Below are positions 31,596 through 40,495 of a stretch of DNA of 64,000 nt, piece after piece. Location: assembly GCA_963771355.1 (NCBI GenBank), contig CAVYTA010000006.1, positions 1,728,001-1,792,000 of the forward strand, given 5' to 3'. How positions within the stretch are numbered: the stretch's first letter is position 1; each line of letters opens with the position of its first letter. The notes beneath the pieces are model-generated. The model had not been told where the DNA came from. It worked only from the letters and a program-made list of their open reading frames with translations, and ran no database searches. The DNA comes from an uncultured Candidatus Rokubacteria bacterium. GTDB lineage: Bacteria; Methylomirabilota; Methylomirabilia; Rokubacteriales; CSP1-6. The translations under genes and the position numbers were made by a program.

Positions 31596-32298
31596 ATTCC
31601 GACTGCAGCCCCACCCAGACCTCGCCGTCCTCGAAGTATTCCTTCTTCCAGATGGGCACCGTCTCCTTGAGCGTGTCGATGGCGAACCGGCAGGCGTCGA
31701 AGCCCTCGCCCCGATGGGCGGTGGAGACCGCGATGAGCACGCTCGACTCGCCGATCTCGAGCCGCCCCACGCGGTGGACAATGGCCAGCCGCCGGATGCC
31801 GGGATGGCGCTGACGCGCCGCCGCCGCGATCTCCCGCATCTTGGCCACCGCCATCGGCGCGTGGGCCTCGTACTCGAGGAACTTCACCCGGCGCCCGCCC
31901 GTCTGGTCGCGCACCACGCCCGAGAAGAGCACGACGGCGCCGGCGCCGGGGTCCTCGACCGCGGCGACCAGGGCCGGCTCGGACAGGGGCCCGGCCACCA
32001 GGTCGACCAGATCGTCGGTCGGGATCGAAGGGGGCGGGCCCGCGGGGACGGAGGATCCGCCGCTCACGGGGGGAAAGAGGCACAGCTCCTCCCCGGACCG
32101 GAGCGGGCGCTCGGGTCCGACGTAGTCATTGTCCACCGCGAACAACGTGAAAGGGCGGTACGCCGAGAGCGAGGGGAACCGGCTCGTCACCGCCTCCCAC
32201 GCCGTCTCGACCGTACCGCCCTCGGGAAGATCCAGCTCGACGCGGTCACGCCCGGCCGCCTCGCGATACCGGGCGAACAACCGCACCTGCACCTTCAT
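31579..32298 (-). CDS. moaX: Fused molybdopterin synthase MoaD-MoaE (MoaX-like)
   Basis: MKVQVRLFA...PPVSGG (MoaD), a linker, then GAVVLFSGVVRD, LEYEAH, HRVG and PIWKKE (MoaE). Confidence 0.9.
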   Translation of the reverse strand: MKVQVRLFARYREAAGRDRVELDLPEGGTVETAWEAVTSRFPSLSAYRPFTLFAVDNDYVGPERPLRSGEELCLFPPVSGGSSVPAGPPPSIPTDDLVDLVAGPLSEPALVAAVEDPGAGAVVLFSGVVRDQTGGRRVKFLEYEAHAPMAVAKMREIAAAARQRHPGIRRLAIVHRVGRLEIGESSVLIAVSTAHRGEGFDACRFAIDTLKETVPIWKKEYFEDGEVWVGLQSECDHRH

Positions 32299-32315
32299 GC
32301 GCGGCTCCCGCGCGA

Positions 32316-32642
32316 CTAGAACTGGTGAGAGGAGCCGCAGCCGCAGGACGACTTCACGTTGGGGTTGTTGATCGCGAAGCCCGCCCCCATCATGTTGTTG
32401 TCCACGTAGTCGATCTCGCTGCCCGCGACATACTGCGCGCTCTTGGCGTCCACGAATACCTTGACGCCCTGCGACTCGACCACGTTGTCGTCTTCCGCCG
32501 CCGCATCGTCCCAGCCCAGTTCGTAGGACATCCCCGAGCAGCCGCCGCCGACAATCCGGATGCGCAGCCCCCACTCGGGCTTGCCCTCTTCGAGCCGGAG
32601 CTCGGAGATCTTCTTCGCGGCCGTTTCGGTCAATGTGACCAT
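32316..32642 (-). CDS. A-type Fe-S cluster carrier (HesB/IscA/ErpA family)
   Basis: GGGCSGMSY and NPN..SSCGCGSS motifs. Confidence 0.93.
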   Translation of the reverse strand: MVTLTETAAKKISELRLEEGKPEWGLRIRIVGGGCSGMSYELGWDDAAAEDDNVVESQGVKVFVDAKSAQYVAGSEIDYVDNNMMGAGFAINNPNVKSSCGCGSSHQF

Positions 32643-32717
32643 GCGATCCTCCTTGGATTTCAGGTTCCGCGGAGCCTTGGCTCCGGCCTCAGTATATCAG
32701 ACTCGCGCGGCCGCGGG

Positions 32718-33443
32718 TCAGAGCACCCCGCGGGCAGGCATCAGGGTCATCTCCTCGAGGGCCGCATTGGCGTCCAGGGTGGCCATGAAGAGGGCGGCGT
32801 CGGCGACCTGGGCCGGGGTGATCATGAGCGCTCGGTCGGGGGCGCCCGGGTTGCCGTCCCAGAGCGGCGTGTCGACCGCCCCCGCGGAGAGCACGCCCAC
32901 GCGCACTCCCGTGCCACGCAGCTCCTCGGTGAGGACCCGGCCCAGCCCGAGCAGTCCGTACTTGGAGGCGGTATACGCGGCGCTGCCCGGGAGGGTCCGC
33001 CCGGTGACCATGGAGCTGATCAGGATGAGGGTGCCCCGGCCCTGGGCCACCATGGTGGGGAGCACGGCGCGGCAGCAGAGATAGGCGCCCCGCAGGTTCA
33101 CCGCCATCATCTCGTCCCAGTCGGCGGGCCGGCTTTCGCTCACCGGGGCGAACACCGCCACCCCCGCCGCGGCCACGAGCACGTCCACCCGCCCGAGCTC
33201 CGCCCGAGTCCGAGCCACCAGCGCGGCCACCGCGGGCTCCTGGCGGACGTCGGTGGGGACGGCCAGGGCTCGCCCGCCGGCCGCCTCCACCGCCGCCACC
33301 GCGCTGCCGAGCTGCCGCGTCGAGCGGGCGGCCAACGTCACCGCCGCCCCCTCGCGCGCGAAGGTCTCGGCCACCGCCCGGCCGATGCCCCGTCCCGCGC
33401 CGGTGACGAGGGCGACCTGACCGGCCAGGCGCTGGTCACTCAC
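32718..33443 (-). CDS. SDR family oxidoreductase (possible sepiapterin-reductase-like)
   Basis: TGAGRGIG and YTASK motifs; GTG start overlaps the folE stop. Confidence 0.85.
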   Translation of the reverse strand: MSDQRLAGQVALVTGAGRGIGRAVAETFAREGAAVTLAARSTRQLGSAVAAVEAAGGRALAVPTDVRQEPAVAALVARTRAELGRVDVLVAAAGVAVFAPVSESRPADWDEMMAVNLRGAYLCCRAVLPTMVAQGRGTLILISSMVTGRTLPGSAAYTASKYGLLGLGRVLTEELRGTGVRVGVLSAGAVDTPLWDGNPGAPDRALMITPAQVADAALFMATLDANAALEEMTLMPARGVL

Positions 33444-34018
33444 AGCATCAGCCCGCCGCGCGACTTGATCAGCTCCATGAACTCGGCCCGCGTCTCCGGC
33501 CGGTCGCGGAAGGCGCCGAGCATGGCCGAGGTCACCGCCTTGGAGTTCTGCTTCTCCACACCCCGCATGAGCATGCAGAGGTGCAGGCCCTCGATCACCA
33601 CCGCCACCCCGCGCGGCTGCAGCACGTCGTTGATGGTGTGCGCGATCTGGGTGGTGAGGCGCTCCTGCACCTGAAGGCGCCGGCTGAACATCTCCACCAG
33701 CCGCGGAATCTTGGACAGCCCCACGATCTTCCGCGACGGCATGTAGGCGATGTGCGCCTTGCCGAAGAATGGGAGCATGTGGTGCTCGCACATCGAGAAG
33801 TAGTCGATGTCCTTCACCACCACCATCTCGTCGTAATCCTCGGTGAAGAGCGCGGAGTTGAGCACCTCCTCCACGTTCTGGTGATAGCCCGAGGTCAGGT
33901 ACTCGTAAGCCTTGGCCACCCGGGCGGGGGTCCTCTCCAGGCCCTCGCGGCTCGGGTCCTCGCCGAGCTCCTTCAGGAAGTCGCGGATCAGGCGCTCCAT
34001 CGCGTTCAGGTCGCTCAC
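33440..34018 (-). CDS. folE: GTP cyclohydrolase I
   Basis: [36 protein letters not shown] and HLCMLMRGV motifs. Confidence 0.96.
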   Translation of the reverse strand: MSDLNAMERLIRDFLKELGEDPSREGLERTPARVAKAYEYLTSGYHQNVEEVLNSALFTEDYDEMVVVKDIDYFSMCEHHMLPFFGKAHIAYMPSRKIVGLSKIPRLVEMFSRRLQVQERLTTQIAHTINDVLQPRGVAVVIEGLHLCMLMRGVEKQNSKAVTSAMLGAFRDRPETRAEFMELIKSRGGLML

Positions 34019-34440
34019 CGGGGGCTCCTTGTGGCCTCGCCGCAGTACTCGAACGAGTTGTTGGCGGTCTCGATCACCGCCACGCGCTCCAGGTGGCCGG
34101 GCGGCAGCGCCTCGGCCAGCCAGTCCCAGAACGTGCGGGCCAGGTTCTCGCCGGTGGTGATCACGCCCTCGAGCTCGGGCACCGCGCCGGAGAGATCGTA
34201 GTGGTCCACGCGCTCGAGGAGCACGCGGCGCACGGCGGCATCGAGGGCGCCGAGATCGGCGGCCATCCCCGTGACGGGATCGAGGGCGCCCGCCAGCGTC
34301 ACCTCCACCACGTAGTTGTGCCCGTGCGGGCGGTAGCACTGGCCATACACCCGCTCGTTCTCGGCCGGAGACAAGGCCGCGCTGGCCAGCTGGTGCCCGG
34401 CGCTGAAGTGATAAGCGCGCGTGAGCCGGTAGCCGCTCAT
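34015..34440 (-). CDS. 6-pyruvoyl-tetrahydropterin synthase / QueD family protein (with Cys)
   Basis: [21 protein letters not shown] and IET motifs. Confidence 0.9.
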   Translation of the reverse strand: MSGYRLTRAYHFSAGHQLASAALSPAENERVYGQCYRPHGHNYVVEVTLAGALDPVTGMAADLGALDAAVRRVLLERVDHYDLSGAVPELEGVITTGENLARTFWDWLAEALPPGHLERVAVIETANNSFEYCGEATRSPR

Positions 34441-34862
34441 GGCCCGAGGTACTCCACGTGGAAGGTGGGGTCCTCCCAGAGCCGCAGGCGGTAGAGACGA
34501 TCCCCTCCGAGCTTGGGGACGAGCAGGTCCCAGAGCGCGCGGACGAGGTTCTCGGTGGTCGGGATGAGACCCCCGGCGAAGAGCGGGTCCGCATTGAGAT
34601 CGGCATGATCGAAGCGCTGGATCACGGTGTCGCCCACCAGCCGCTTGAGCTCGGCCAGGTCCATCACCATGCCGGTGATGGGATCCACCGACCCCACCAG
34701 GGTCACGTCCAGCACGTAGTTGTGCCCGTGGGTGACCGTGAGCGAGCCGAAGGCGCGCGCGTTCTCTTCCGCGCTCCACCGCGGCTGCCAGTAGCGGTGG
34801 GCGGCGGAGAATGTGAACTTCCGCGTCACGTAGACAGGGCCGGGGGTCATGGACGGGGTCAT
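34437..34862 (-). CDS. 6-pyruvoyl-tetrahydropterin synthase / QueD family protein (no Cys before HGH)
   Basis: [23 protein letters not shown] and PTTENL motifs. Confidence 0.88.
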   Translation of the reverse strand: MTPSMTPGPVYVTRKFTFSAAHRYWQPRWSAEENARAFGSLTVTHGHNYVLDVTLVGSVDPITGMVMDLAELKRLVGDTVIQRFDHADLNADPLFAGGLIPTTENLVRALWDLLVPKLGGDRLYRLRLWEDPTFHVEYLGP

Positions 34863-35935
34863 GGGAGCACGCAATATGATCGTACCGTATCGAGGAAGCG
34901 CTGCGCGACCCTCTCCACCGCATAGTCCGCCACCCGATGCCGGGCGGCGGCGCCGAGGGCCCGCGCCCGCTCGGGGCTCCGCAGGAGGCCCGCCAGCGCC
35001 CCCGCCAGGGCCGGGGGGTCCCGCGGCGGGACGAGCACACCCGTTTCTCCCTCCCGCACCACCTCGGGGACGGCGGCGGCGCGGCAGGCCACCACCGGCA
35101 GGCCCGCCGCCATGGCCTCGAGGAAGACGATGCCGAACCCTTCCTGCACCGTGGGGAGACAGAAGCAGTCGGCGTTCACGTACTCCTCCGCCAGCTGCTC
35201 CCAGGTCACGTCGCCCAGGAGGGTCACCGTCCCGTCGAGCGCAAGCTCGGCGTGGAGCCGCGCGAGCGCCTCCCACTCCGGGCCCTTCCCGACCACGCGG
35301 ACGCGCAGCCCGGGGATGGCCGATCGCAATCGTGCCGCGGCCTGCAGGAGATCCGGAAAGCGCTTCCGCGCGTAGGTCCGGCCCACCGCGAGCACGGTCG
35401 GGCCCGCGCGCGGCCGGCGCGGGGCGGCGGCGAGGCGCGCCTGCCACGCCGCGAGATCGATGGACTCGGGCACCACGCCGATGCGGGAGGCCGGCACGCC
35501 GTACACGTCCTGGGCCACCGCGGCGGAGTAGTGGCTCGGCACCAGGACCGCGTCGGCGCGCGCGGTGTTGCGTTGCTCCCAGCGCGCCTGCACGGAGAGG
35601 AGGGCCCGCACGAGGCCGCGCTCGTTGCGGAGCTCGTCCGCGATGATGCCCTTGAGCAGGACCACGAAGGGCTGGCGGCCTCGTCGGCGCGCCCAGAGAA
35701 AGCCGTCGAGATCGTACCCGACGACGAGGTCCGCATCCCGGGGCGGGGCCGCCGCCACCCCCGCGTTGTAGAGCCAGCGGTCGAAGGTGTGGAAGCGGGT
35801 GCGGGTGCGCAGGGGGCGCAGCTCCACCGTGTGCCCCCACGCCTCGAGACCGGCGCGGAAGTTGGCGAGCGAGACGTAGGTGCCGCTCCCCTCGCGCGGA
35901 TTGAGCGGCGTGGAGGTGAGGACCGCGATGCGCAC
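34859..35935 (-). CDS. Glycosyltransferase family 4 (GT-B)
   Basis: VGR..RK and EGFGIVFLEAMAAGLPVV motifs; ATGA overlap with the PTPS gene; start GTG 35935. Confidence 0.92.
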   Translation of the reverse strand: MRIAVLTSTPLNPREGSGTYVSLANFRAGLEAWGHTVELRPLRTRTRFHTFDRWLYNAGVAAAPPRDADLVVGYDLDGFLWARRRGRQPFVVLLKGIIADELRNERGLVRALLSVQARWEQRNTARADAVLVPSHYSAAVAQDVYGVPASRIGVVPESIDLAAWQARLAAAPRRPRAGPTVLAVGRTYARKRFPDLLQAAARLRSAIPGLRVRVVGKGPEWEALARLHAELALDGTVTLLGDVTWEQLAEEYVNADCFCLPTVQEGFGIVFLEAMAAGLPVVACRAAAVPEVVREGETGVLVPPRDPPALAGALAGLLRSPERARALGAAARHRVADYAVERVAQRFLDTVRSYCVLP

Positions 35936-35964
35936 CGGGGCGGCCCGGGGGCGGGGGCGCCCCG

Positions 35965-36750
35965 CTAGCGGCCCTGGAAGCGGGGGGCGCGCTTCTCGAG
36001 GAACGCGGTGGTGCCTTCCTTGTAGTCCTGGCTGTTGAAGGTCTCGAGCCCGAGCTCGGCGAGGTCGGCGCGATGCTGGTCGGTGATGCCCTCGAAGATC
36101 GCGCGCACCTGGGTCTTGGTGCCGCGGATGGACAGGGGCGCGTTGCTCGCCACCTTGCCGAGGTAGTCGAGCGTGTGCGCCTCGAGCTGGGCGGCGGGCA
36201 CCAGACGCTGGATGAGGCCGATGCGCAGCGCCTCCTCCGCCTCCACCGTGCGCGCGGAGTACAGGATGTCCTTGGCGTAGGCCGGTCCCACGAGGTCCAC
36301 CAGCTGGTGGACGGGATCGAGCCCGTAGATGATGGACAGCCGCGCGGCGGGGATGCCGAACTTCGAGCCCTCGGCGGCGAAGCGGAGGTCGCACGCCATG
36401 GCCAGCGCCATCGCGCCCCCCATGCAGTAGCCGAAGATCATCGCCACCGTGGGCTTGGGGCAGTTGCGGATGGAGCGGTAGGCGATCTCGGTCTGCTGGT
36501 TGTAGTGCAGCGCGGTCTCGGTGTCCTTGCGGTTCTCCTTGAACTCGGAGATGTCGGCGCCGGAGGCGAAGGCGTCTGTCCCCGCGCCCCGAAAGACGAT
36601 CGCCCGCACGGAGTCGTCTTTGGCGAGCACCTGTGTCTCCTGACCGATCGCGGTCCACATCGCCAGGCTGACCGCGTTGCGCATCTTCGGGCGGTTGATG
36701 GTGACGGTGGCGATACCGTCCGCGCGCTCGACCAGGATGTGATCGCTCAT
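35965..36750 (-). CDS. Enoyl-CoA hydratase/isomerase family protein
   Basis: INRPKMRNA, AFASGADISE, GYCMGG, CDLR and AFLEKRAPRFQGR motifs. Confidence 0.92.
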   Translation of the reverse strand: MSDHILVERADGIATVTINRPKMRNAVSLAMWTAIGQETQVLAKDDSVRAIVFRGAGTDAFASGADISEFKENRKDTETALHYNQQTEIAYRSIRNCPKPTVAMIFGYCMGGAMALAMACDLRFAAEGSKFGIPAARLSIIYGLDPVHQLVDLVGPAYAKDILYSARTVEAEEALRIGLIQRLVPAAQLEAHTLDYLGKVASNAPLSIRGTKTQVRAIFEGITDQHRADLAELGLETFNSQDYKEGTTAFLEKRAPRFQGR

Positions 36751-36853
36751 TCCTCTCCTCCGGTCTGCTTCTCGGCAATGGGCGGCTGGCTACTCTGCCC
36801 TTGGGTCACGCTCCCGGCCAGGAGCGGTCGACGGCGTCGGTGTCGGACCCGAA

Positions 36854-36929
36854 TGGTGGCGGCGGGAGGACTCGAACCTCCGACACGGGGCTTATGAGAC
36901 CCCTGCTCTGCCACCTGAGCTACGCCGCC
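36854..36929 (-). tRNA. tRNA-Met (CAT), elongator type
   Basis: GGCGGCGTAGCTCAGGTGGCAGAGCAGGGGTCTCATAAGCCCCGTGTCGGAGGTTCGAGTCCTCCCGCCGCCACCA: cloverleaf, CAT anticodon, encoded CCA, G1-C72 pair. Confidence 0.93.
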
Positions 36930-36938
36930 AAAATGGCG

Positions 36939-37013
36939 TGGACACGAAAAACCCGTTTGTTATAATCCCGCCGAACGGAGTCCAACAGTAACGACTCTCA
37001 CCTGTCAAGTCAA
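36939..37013. promoter_or_regulatory. Face-to-face sigma-70-type promoters
   Basis: Plus strand TGGACA-16bp-TATAAT with extended TG (36939-36966); minus strand TTGACT(37013)-17bp-TACTGT(36985) pointing to the tRNA. Confidence 0.6.
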
Positions 37014-37041
37014 GCGCGGCAGCCGCCCGGAGGAGCCCTTC

Positions 37042-37308
37042 ATGGCATGTAGCGCTCGGCCATGGACCGACGACGAGCAGACGATCTACCTGCGCCAGAT
37101 CGACGACCCCGACGTCGTCGAAGACGACGATGATGATGATGACGAGGACGACGATCTCGAGGACGACGATGCCCTCGACGACGACGACGAGGAGGACGAC
37201 GACGATCTCGAGGATGACGACGACGATCTCGAGGACGACGACCTCGACGACGACGAGGATGATGACGACGACGACGAGGACGAGGCGGACGACGCTGAGG
37301 ACGAGTAG
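37042..37308 (+). CDS. Small extremely acidic (poly-Asp/Glu) protein
   Basis: RBS GGAGGAG; 88 aa with about 60 D/E; near-consensus promoter upstream. Confidence 0.7.
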   Translation: MACSARPWTDDEQTIYLRQIDDPDVVEDDDDDDDEDDDLEDDDALDDDDEEDDDDLEDDDDDLEDDDLDDDEDDDDDDEDEADDAEDE

Positions 37309-37349
37309 CTCACCGGCATCGGCCTAACCCCTTCACCAAGGAGGGCTTC

Positions 37350-38054
37350 ATGGCACTCTTCTCCGAAGCTGGTTGGTTATTCCTCCTACGCTGGATCCAC
37401 TTCCTGTCCGGCATCACCTGGATCGGTCTCCTCTACTATTTCAACTTCGTCCAGACCCCGTTCTTCGCGGAGACCGAGGCGCCGGTGCGGAGCGGCGCCC
37501 AGCAGAAGCTCCTCCCGCGGGCGATGTGGTGGTTCCGCTGGGCCGCGATGATCACCTTCATCTCCGGCTGGCTCTACTTCCTCCACTGGTGGTACGGAAA
37601 GGTCGGCTTCGCGGCGAGCTCGGGGACCTGGGCGATTCTGCTCGGCGCGCTCCTCGGCTCCATCATGTGGGCCAATGTCTGGTTCGTCATTCACCCCAAG
37701 CAGAAGATCGTCATCCAGAACGCGCTCGACACCGCGGCGGGAAAGCCGGCCAATCCCGCCGCCGCTCCCTCGGGCGCCCGCGCCGGTCTCGCCTCCCGCA
37801 CCAACACCATGCTGTCGGTGCCCATGCTCTTCTTCATGGGCGCGGCGAGCCATCTCCAGGGACTGGGCATACCCCGCTCCGGCCTCGTATTCTGGATTGG
37901 CGCCATCGTGATCATGGCCCTGGTGGAGATCAACGCGCTCCAGGCCACCCCCGGCAAGGGCGCGGCCAAGCCGCTCGCCACCGTATCCGGCACCCTCTGG
38001 GCGGGCTTCATCCTCTCGGCGGTCTTCTACATCTGGTTCGAGATCATGCGCTAG
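37350..38054 (+). CDS. PuuD/DUF989-like membrane protein (urate hydroxylase N-terminal family)
   Basis: RWIHFLSGITWIGLLYYFNF, WWFRW, IMWANVWFVI.P.QK and SRTNTMLSVPMLFFM motifs; RBS AAGGAGG. Confidence 0.8.
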   Translation: MALFSEAGWLFLLRWIHFLSGITWIGLLYYFNFVQTPFFAETEAPVRSGAQQKLLPRAMWWFRWAAMITFISGWLYFLHWWYGKVGFAASSGTWAILLGALLGSIMWANVWFVIHPKQKIVIQNALDTAAGKPANPAAAPSGARAGLASRTNTMLSVPMLFFMGAASHLQGLGIPRSGLVFWIGAIVIMALVEINALQATPGKGAAKPLATVSGTLWAGFILSAVFYIWFEIMR

Positions 38055-38123
38055 TCGGGCGCTCGCGGCGGCGCGAGTCACCGGCACGCCGGGCGGGGCT
38101 GCGGGCCCCTCCCGGCGTTTCCG

Positions 38124-38546
38124 TCACTGGAGATAGGCGGCGAGGTCGGGCACGCTCGGCGCCAGGTCGGGGCGCGGCGGCATGACCTTGGTAGGACGCT
38201 TGGGCTTGTAGGCGGGCGGGTACTCCCCCCGAACCACCCGTGCCTCGAGCAATGCGGGCGAGGCCCCCTTCACTGCCGGCCCCAAGGGGCCGTCCTTGGT
38301 GGGATCGGGGTTGTGGCAGGCCACGCACTGGCCCAGCCAGACTTGCTTGCCCTTATCCGCTGAGCCCCTGGACGGCGGCACCGCCGCCACCGGTTCGACC
38401 GGCGCCTTCTCGGCGGGCGCCGGCGCCGAGGCGGAGGGGGCCGGTGGGGCGCTCTTCGCTCCGGGCGGCGGCGGCTGGTCGCCGCAAGCGGCGACCACGA
38501 GCATGGCCGCGGCCAGCCCCGCGGCGCGGCGGACGCCCCGCCTCAC
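38124..38546 (-). CDS. Cytochrome c lipoprotein
   Basis: Lipobox VAAC, Pro/Ala linker, CVACH and distal Met (VMPP); coupled to DUF3501. Confidence 0.85.
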   Translation of the reverse strand: MRRGVRRAAGLAAAMLVVAACGDQPPPPGAKSAPPAPSASAPAPAEKAPVEPVAAVPPSRGSADKGKQVWLGQCVACHNPDPTKDGPLGPAVKGASPALLEARVVRGEYPPAYKPKRPTKVMPPRPDLAPSVPDLAAYLQ

Positions 38547-39130
38547 TCGGCGAGGTCCGGAAGCAGCGCCGCCCGGGTCTCGTCGGAGAGGCGCGTCCGC
38601 GCCCGGTCCGCGGGGTGATCCAGCACCAGGTGCACCTCGGCCTCGCGAAACGCGCGCGCCGCCTCGGGCGAGAAGCGGAAGCGGACGAAGTGCACCGCGG
38701 CGAGCTTGCCCTTCTCCTCGTCGGAGTGACCGGCCTCGAACTCACCGGGCACCGCGAACTCCCGGCCCACCTGCAGCCACACGCATTGCGCGGTGTCGAT
38801 GCCCATCAGCTCGTCCAGGATGGGCTGGATGCGCGCCATGTCCTCGATCTCGATGAAGAGCGTCGCGGACAGCTCGCGGGGCCCCGGTAAGAGCGCGTTG
38901 TAGACGTCGATCTCCTCCCGCACCTTGGCGTCGTCGGCGATGCGCTCGGCGCGGCACATCTCCTGGATCTGGAACAGCACCGTCTCGCGGTTCTCGAAGA
39001 CGAGCGAGAGGTACCGTCCCACCGAGACGCGCCGCCGGCGCTTGAGCTCGATCACGCTCGCCCGCCGCGCGTCGCGGACCTTCTCGTACTCGAAGAAGTT
39101 GATCACCTCGTCCGGCCGGATCTTGTCCAT
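38543..39130 (-). CDS. DUF3501 family protein
   Basis: FENRETVLFQIQEM.RAE, YNALLPG..ELSATLFIE and AVHFVRF motifs; rubrerythrin context. Confidence 0.85.
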   Translation of the reverse strand: MDKIRPDEVINFFEYEKVRDARRASVIELKRRRRVSVGRYLSLVFENRETVLFQIQEMCRAERIADDAKVREEIDVYNALLPGPRELSATLFIEIEDMARIQPILDELMGIDTAQCVWLQVGREFAVPGEFEAGHSDEEKGKLAAVHFVRFRFSPEAARAFREAEVHLVLDHPADRARTRLSDETRAALLPDLAE

Positions 39131-39138
39131 GGCCCCGC

Positions 39139-40422
39139 TCACTCCTCCACCTCGAGGCCGTAGGCCGAGGCGAGGATGCGGATGGGGTGCTCGGCGGTAC
39201 GGCCGGTGCCTTGGTTGATCTGCAACGCGGCCAGCGGGCAGTCGGTAGCCACCCGATCGGGTCGCGCCGCCTCGATGTCCTTGAACAGCGGCTCGGCCAG
39301 CTTCATGGAGAGCTGGAAGTACTCTTTCTTCATGCCCCAGGTCCCGTCCACCGCGGAACAGCGCTCCACCGTCTCCACCTCGGCCCCGGTGAGCCGCAGC
39401 ACGTCGGCGGAGCGCGTGCCCATGTTCTGCGCCTTGAGATGGCAGGGCAGCTGATACGCGATCTTCCTCGGCGGCCGCGGGAAGCGCGTGTCCAGGCGCC
39501 CCTGCGCGTGAAGGCCGGACAGGTACTCGAAGAGGTCGCGGGTGTGGGCGGCCACGAGGTTCGCGTCCTCCGACCCGTCCAGCCACGGATACTCCTGCTT
39601 GAGCATGTAGGAGCAGGTGGGACCCGGCACCACGATCTCGCGCCCTTCCCGCACCGCCTGCGCGAGGCTCTGGGCATTGTCCGCGATGAGGGCCTTGGCC
39701 TCCTTGACCGCGCCCCCGTCGAGGTACGGCATGCCGCAGCAACGCTGCGCGGGCAGGGACACGTCCACGCCGTTCTTCTCCAGCACTGCCACCATCGCCT
39801 TGCCGGTGCCGGGGTCGTTGTATTCCACCGAGCACGTGGCGAAGAGCGCGACCTTCAAATTGGCCGGGGCCGCCAGCGGCGCCGGCACGGTCGGGCGGCG
39901 GCGCTGGTCGAACCACTTCGAGAACGTCTCGCGGTGGAAGCGAGGGAGCTGGCGACCCTTGTGGATGCCGACCACCGACTGCATCACCGCCCGGTTGGGC
40001 GGGAACTCGTTCATCCAGTTCGAGAGCGGGGCGGTCAGGCTGCCCAGCCGCCCCACCAGCTCGGTATTGCCGAGGAAGCGGTCCTGCAGGGTGACGCCCT
40101 GCGCCCGCGCCTCCGCCGAGCGCGCGCGCAGCATGAGGCGGGGGAAATCTACCTGCCACCGGTGCGGCGGAGTGTACGGGCAGTGGTTGTAGCAGAGCTT
40201 GCACTGGTAGCAGAGATCCACCACTTCCTTCACGTCGGCGGCGGAAAGCTTCTCCACGTCCCCGTCCACCGCGTCGACGTCCAGGCGGTCGAACATCACC
40301 TTGAACGACGGGCAGAGCGGCAAGCAGCGCCGGCAGCCGGCGCAGATGTCGTAGACGCGGCGCAGCTCGTGGTCCACCGCGTCCTGCTTCCAGAATTCCG
40401 GCTGCCTGATGTCGAGCGTCAT
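39139..40422 (-). CDS. Rubrerythrin-associated Fe-S oxidoreductase (GlpC/HdrD-like, CCG domains)
   Basis: CAGCRRCLPLC, CYQCKLCYNHC, CCGMP, PCH and TDCPLA motifs. Confidence 0.9.
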   Translation of the reverse strand: MTLDIRQPEFWKQDAVDHELRRVYDICAGCRRCLPLCPSFKVMFDRLDVDAVDGDVEKLSAADVKEVVDLCYQCKLCYNHCPYTPPHRWQVDFPRLMLRARSAEARAQGVTLQDRFLGNTELVGRLGSLTAPLSNWMNEFPPNRAVMQSVVGIHKGRQLPRFHRETFSKWFDQRRRPTVPAPLAAPANLKVALFATCSVEYNDPGTGKAMVAVLEKNGVDVSLPAQRCCGMPYLDGGAVKEAKALIADNAQSLAQAVREGREIVVPGPTCSYMLKQEYPWLDGSEDANLVAAHTRDLFEYLSGLHAQGRLDTRFPRPPRKIAYQLPCHLKAQNMGTRSADVLRLTGAEVETVERCSAVDGTWGMKKEYFQLSMKLAEPLFKDIEAARPDRVATDCPLAALQINQGTGRTAEHPIRILASAYGLEVEE

Positions 40423-40440
40423 CCGTTTGGCTCTCAGGTG

Positions 40441-40488
40441 AAGAAAGGGGCGGCGGGCCGGGCGCCCGGGGATCACGGCGCCCGGCCC
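40441..40488 (-). terminator. Intercistronic hairpin after rubrerythrin (terminator/stabiliser)
   Basis: 12-bp stem GGGCCGGGCGCC/GGCGCCCGGCCC (40455-40488), followed on the minus strand by ...CCCCTTTCTT. Confidence 0.5.
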
Positions 40489-40495
40489 GGCACGA

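Noticed and set aside
32316..32642. HesB-like selenoprotein
   Set aside because: All conserved positions are ordinary Cys codons; there is no in-frame TGA.
34015..34862. Queuosine or 7-deazaguanine DNA-modification cluster
   Set aside because: No queC, queE, queF, tgt or dpdA nearby; the context is SDR plus glycosyltransferase.
36854..36929. tRNA-Ile2 (TilS substrate) or initiator tRNA, given tilS about 5 kb away
   Set aside because: The acceptor stem GGCGGCG lacks the C4/C5 typical of Ile2, and the G1-C72 pair excludes fMet; elongator Met fits best.
37086..37327. Poly-Ser (minus strand) and Thr/Met-rich (plus strand) ORFs
   Set aside because: They are shadow frames of the GAC/GAT-rich acidic ORF, which has the RBS.
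36780..37350. Genomic island or prophage integrated at the tRNA
   Set aside because: No integrase, no duplicated tRNA 3' end seen, and the flanking genes are ordinary chromosomal genes.
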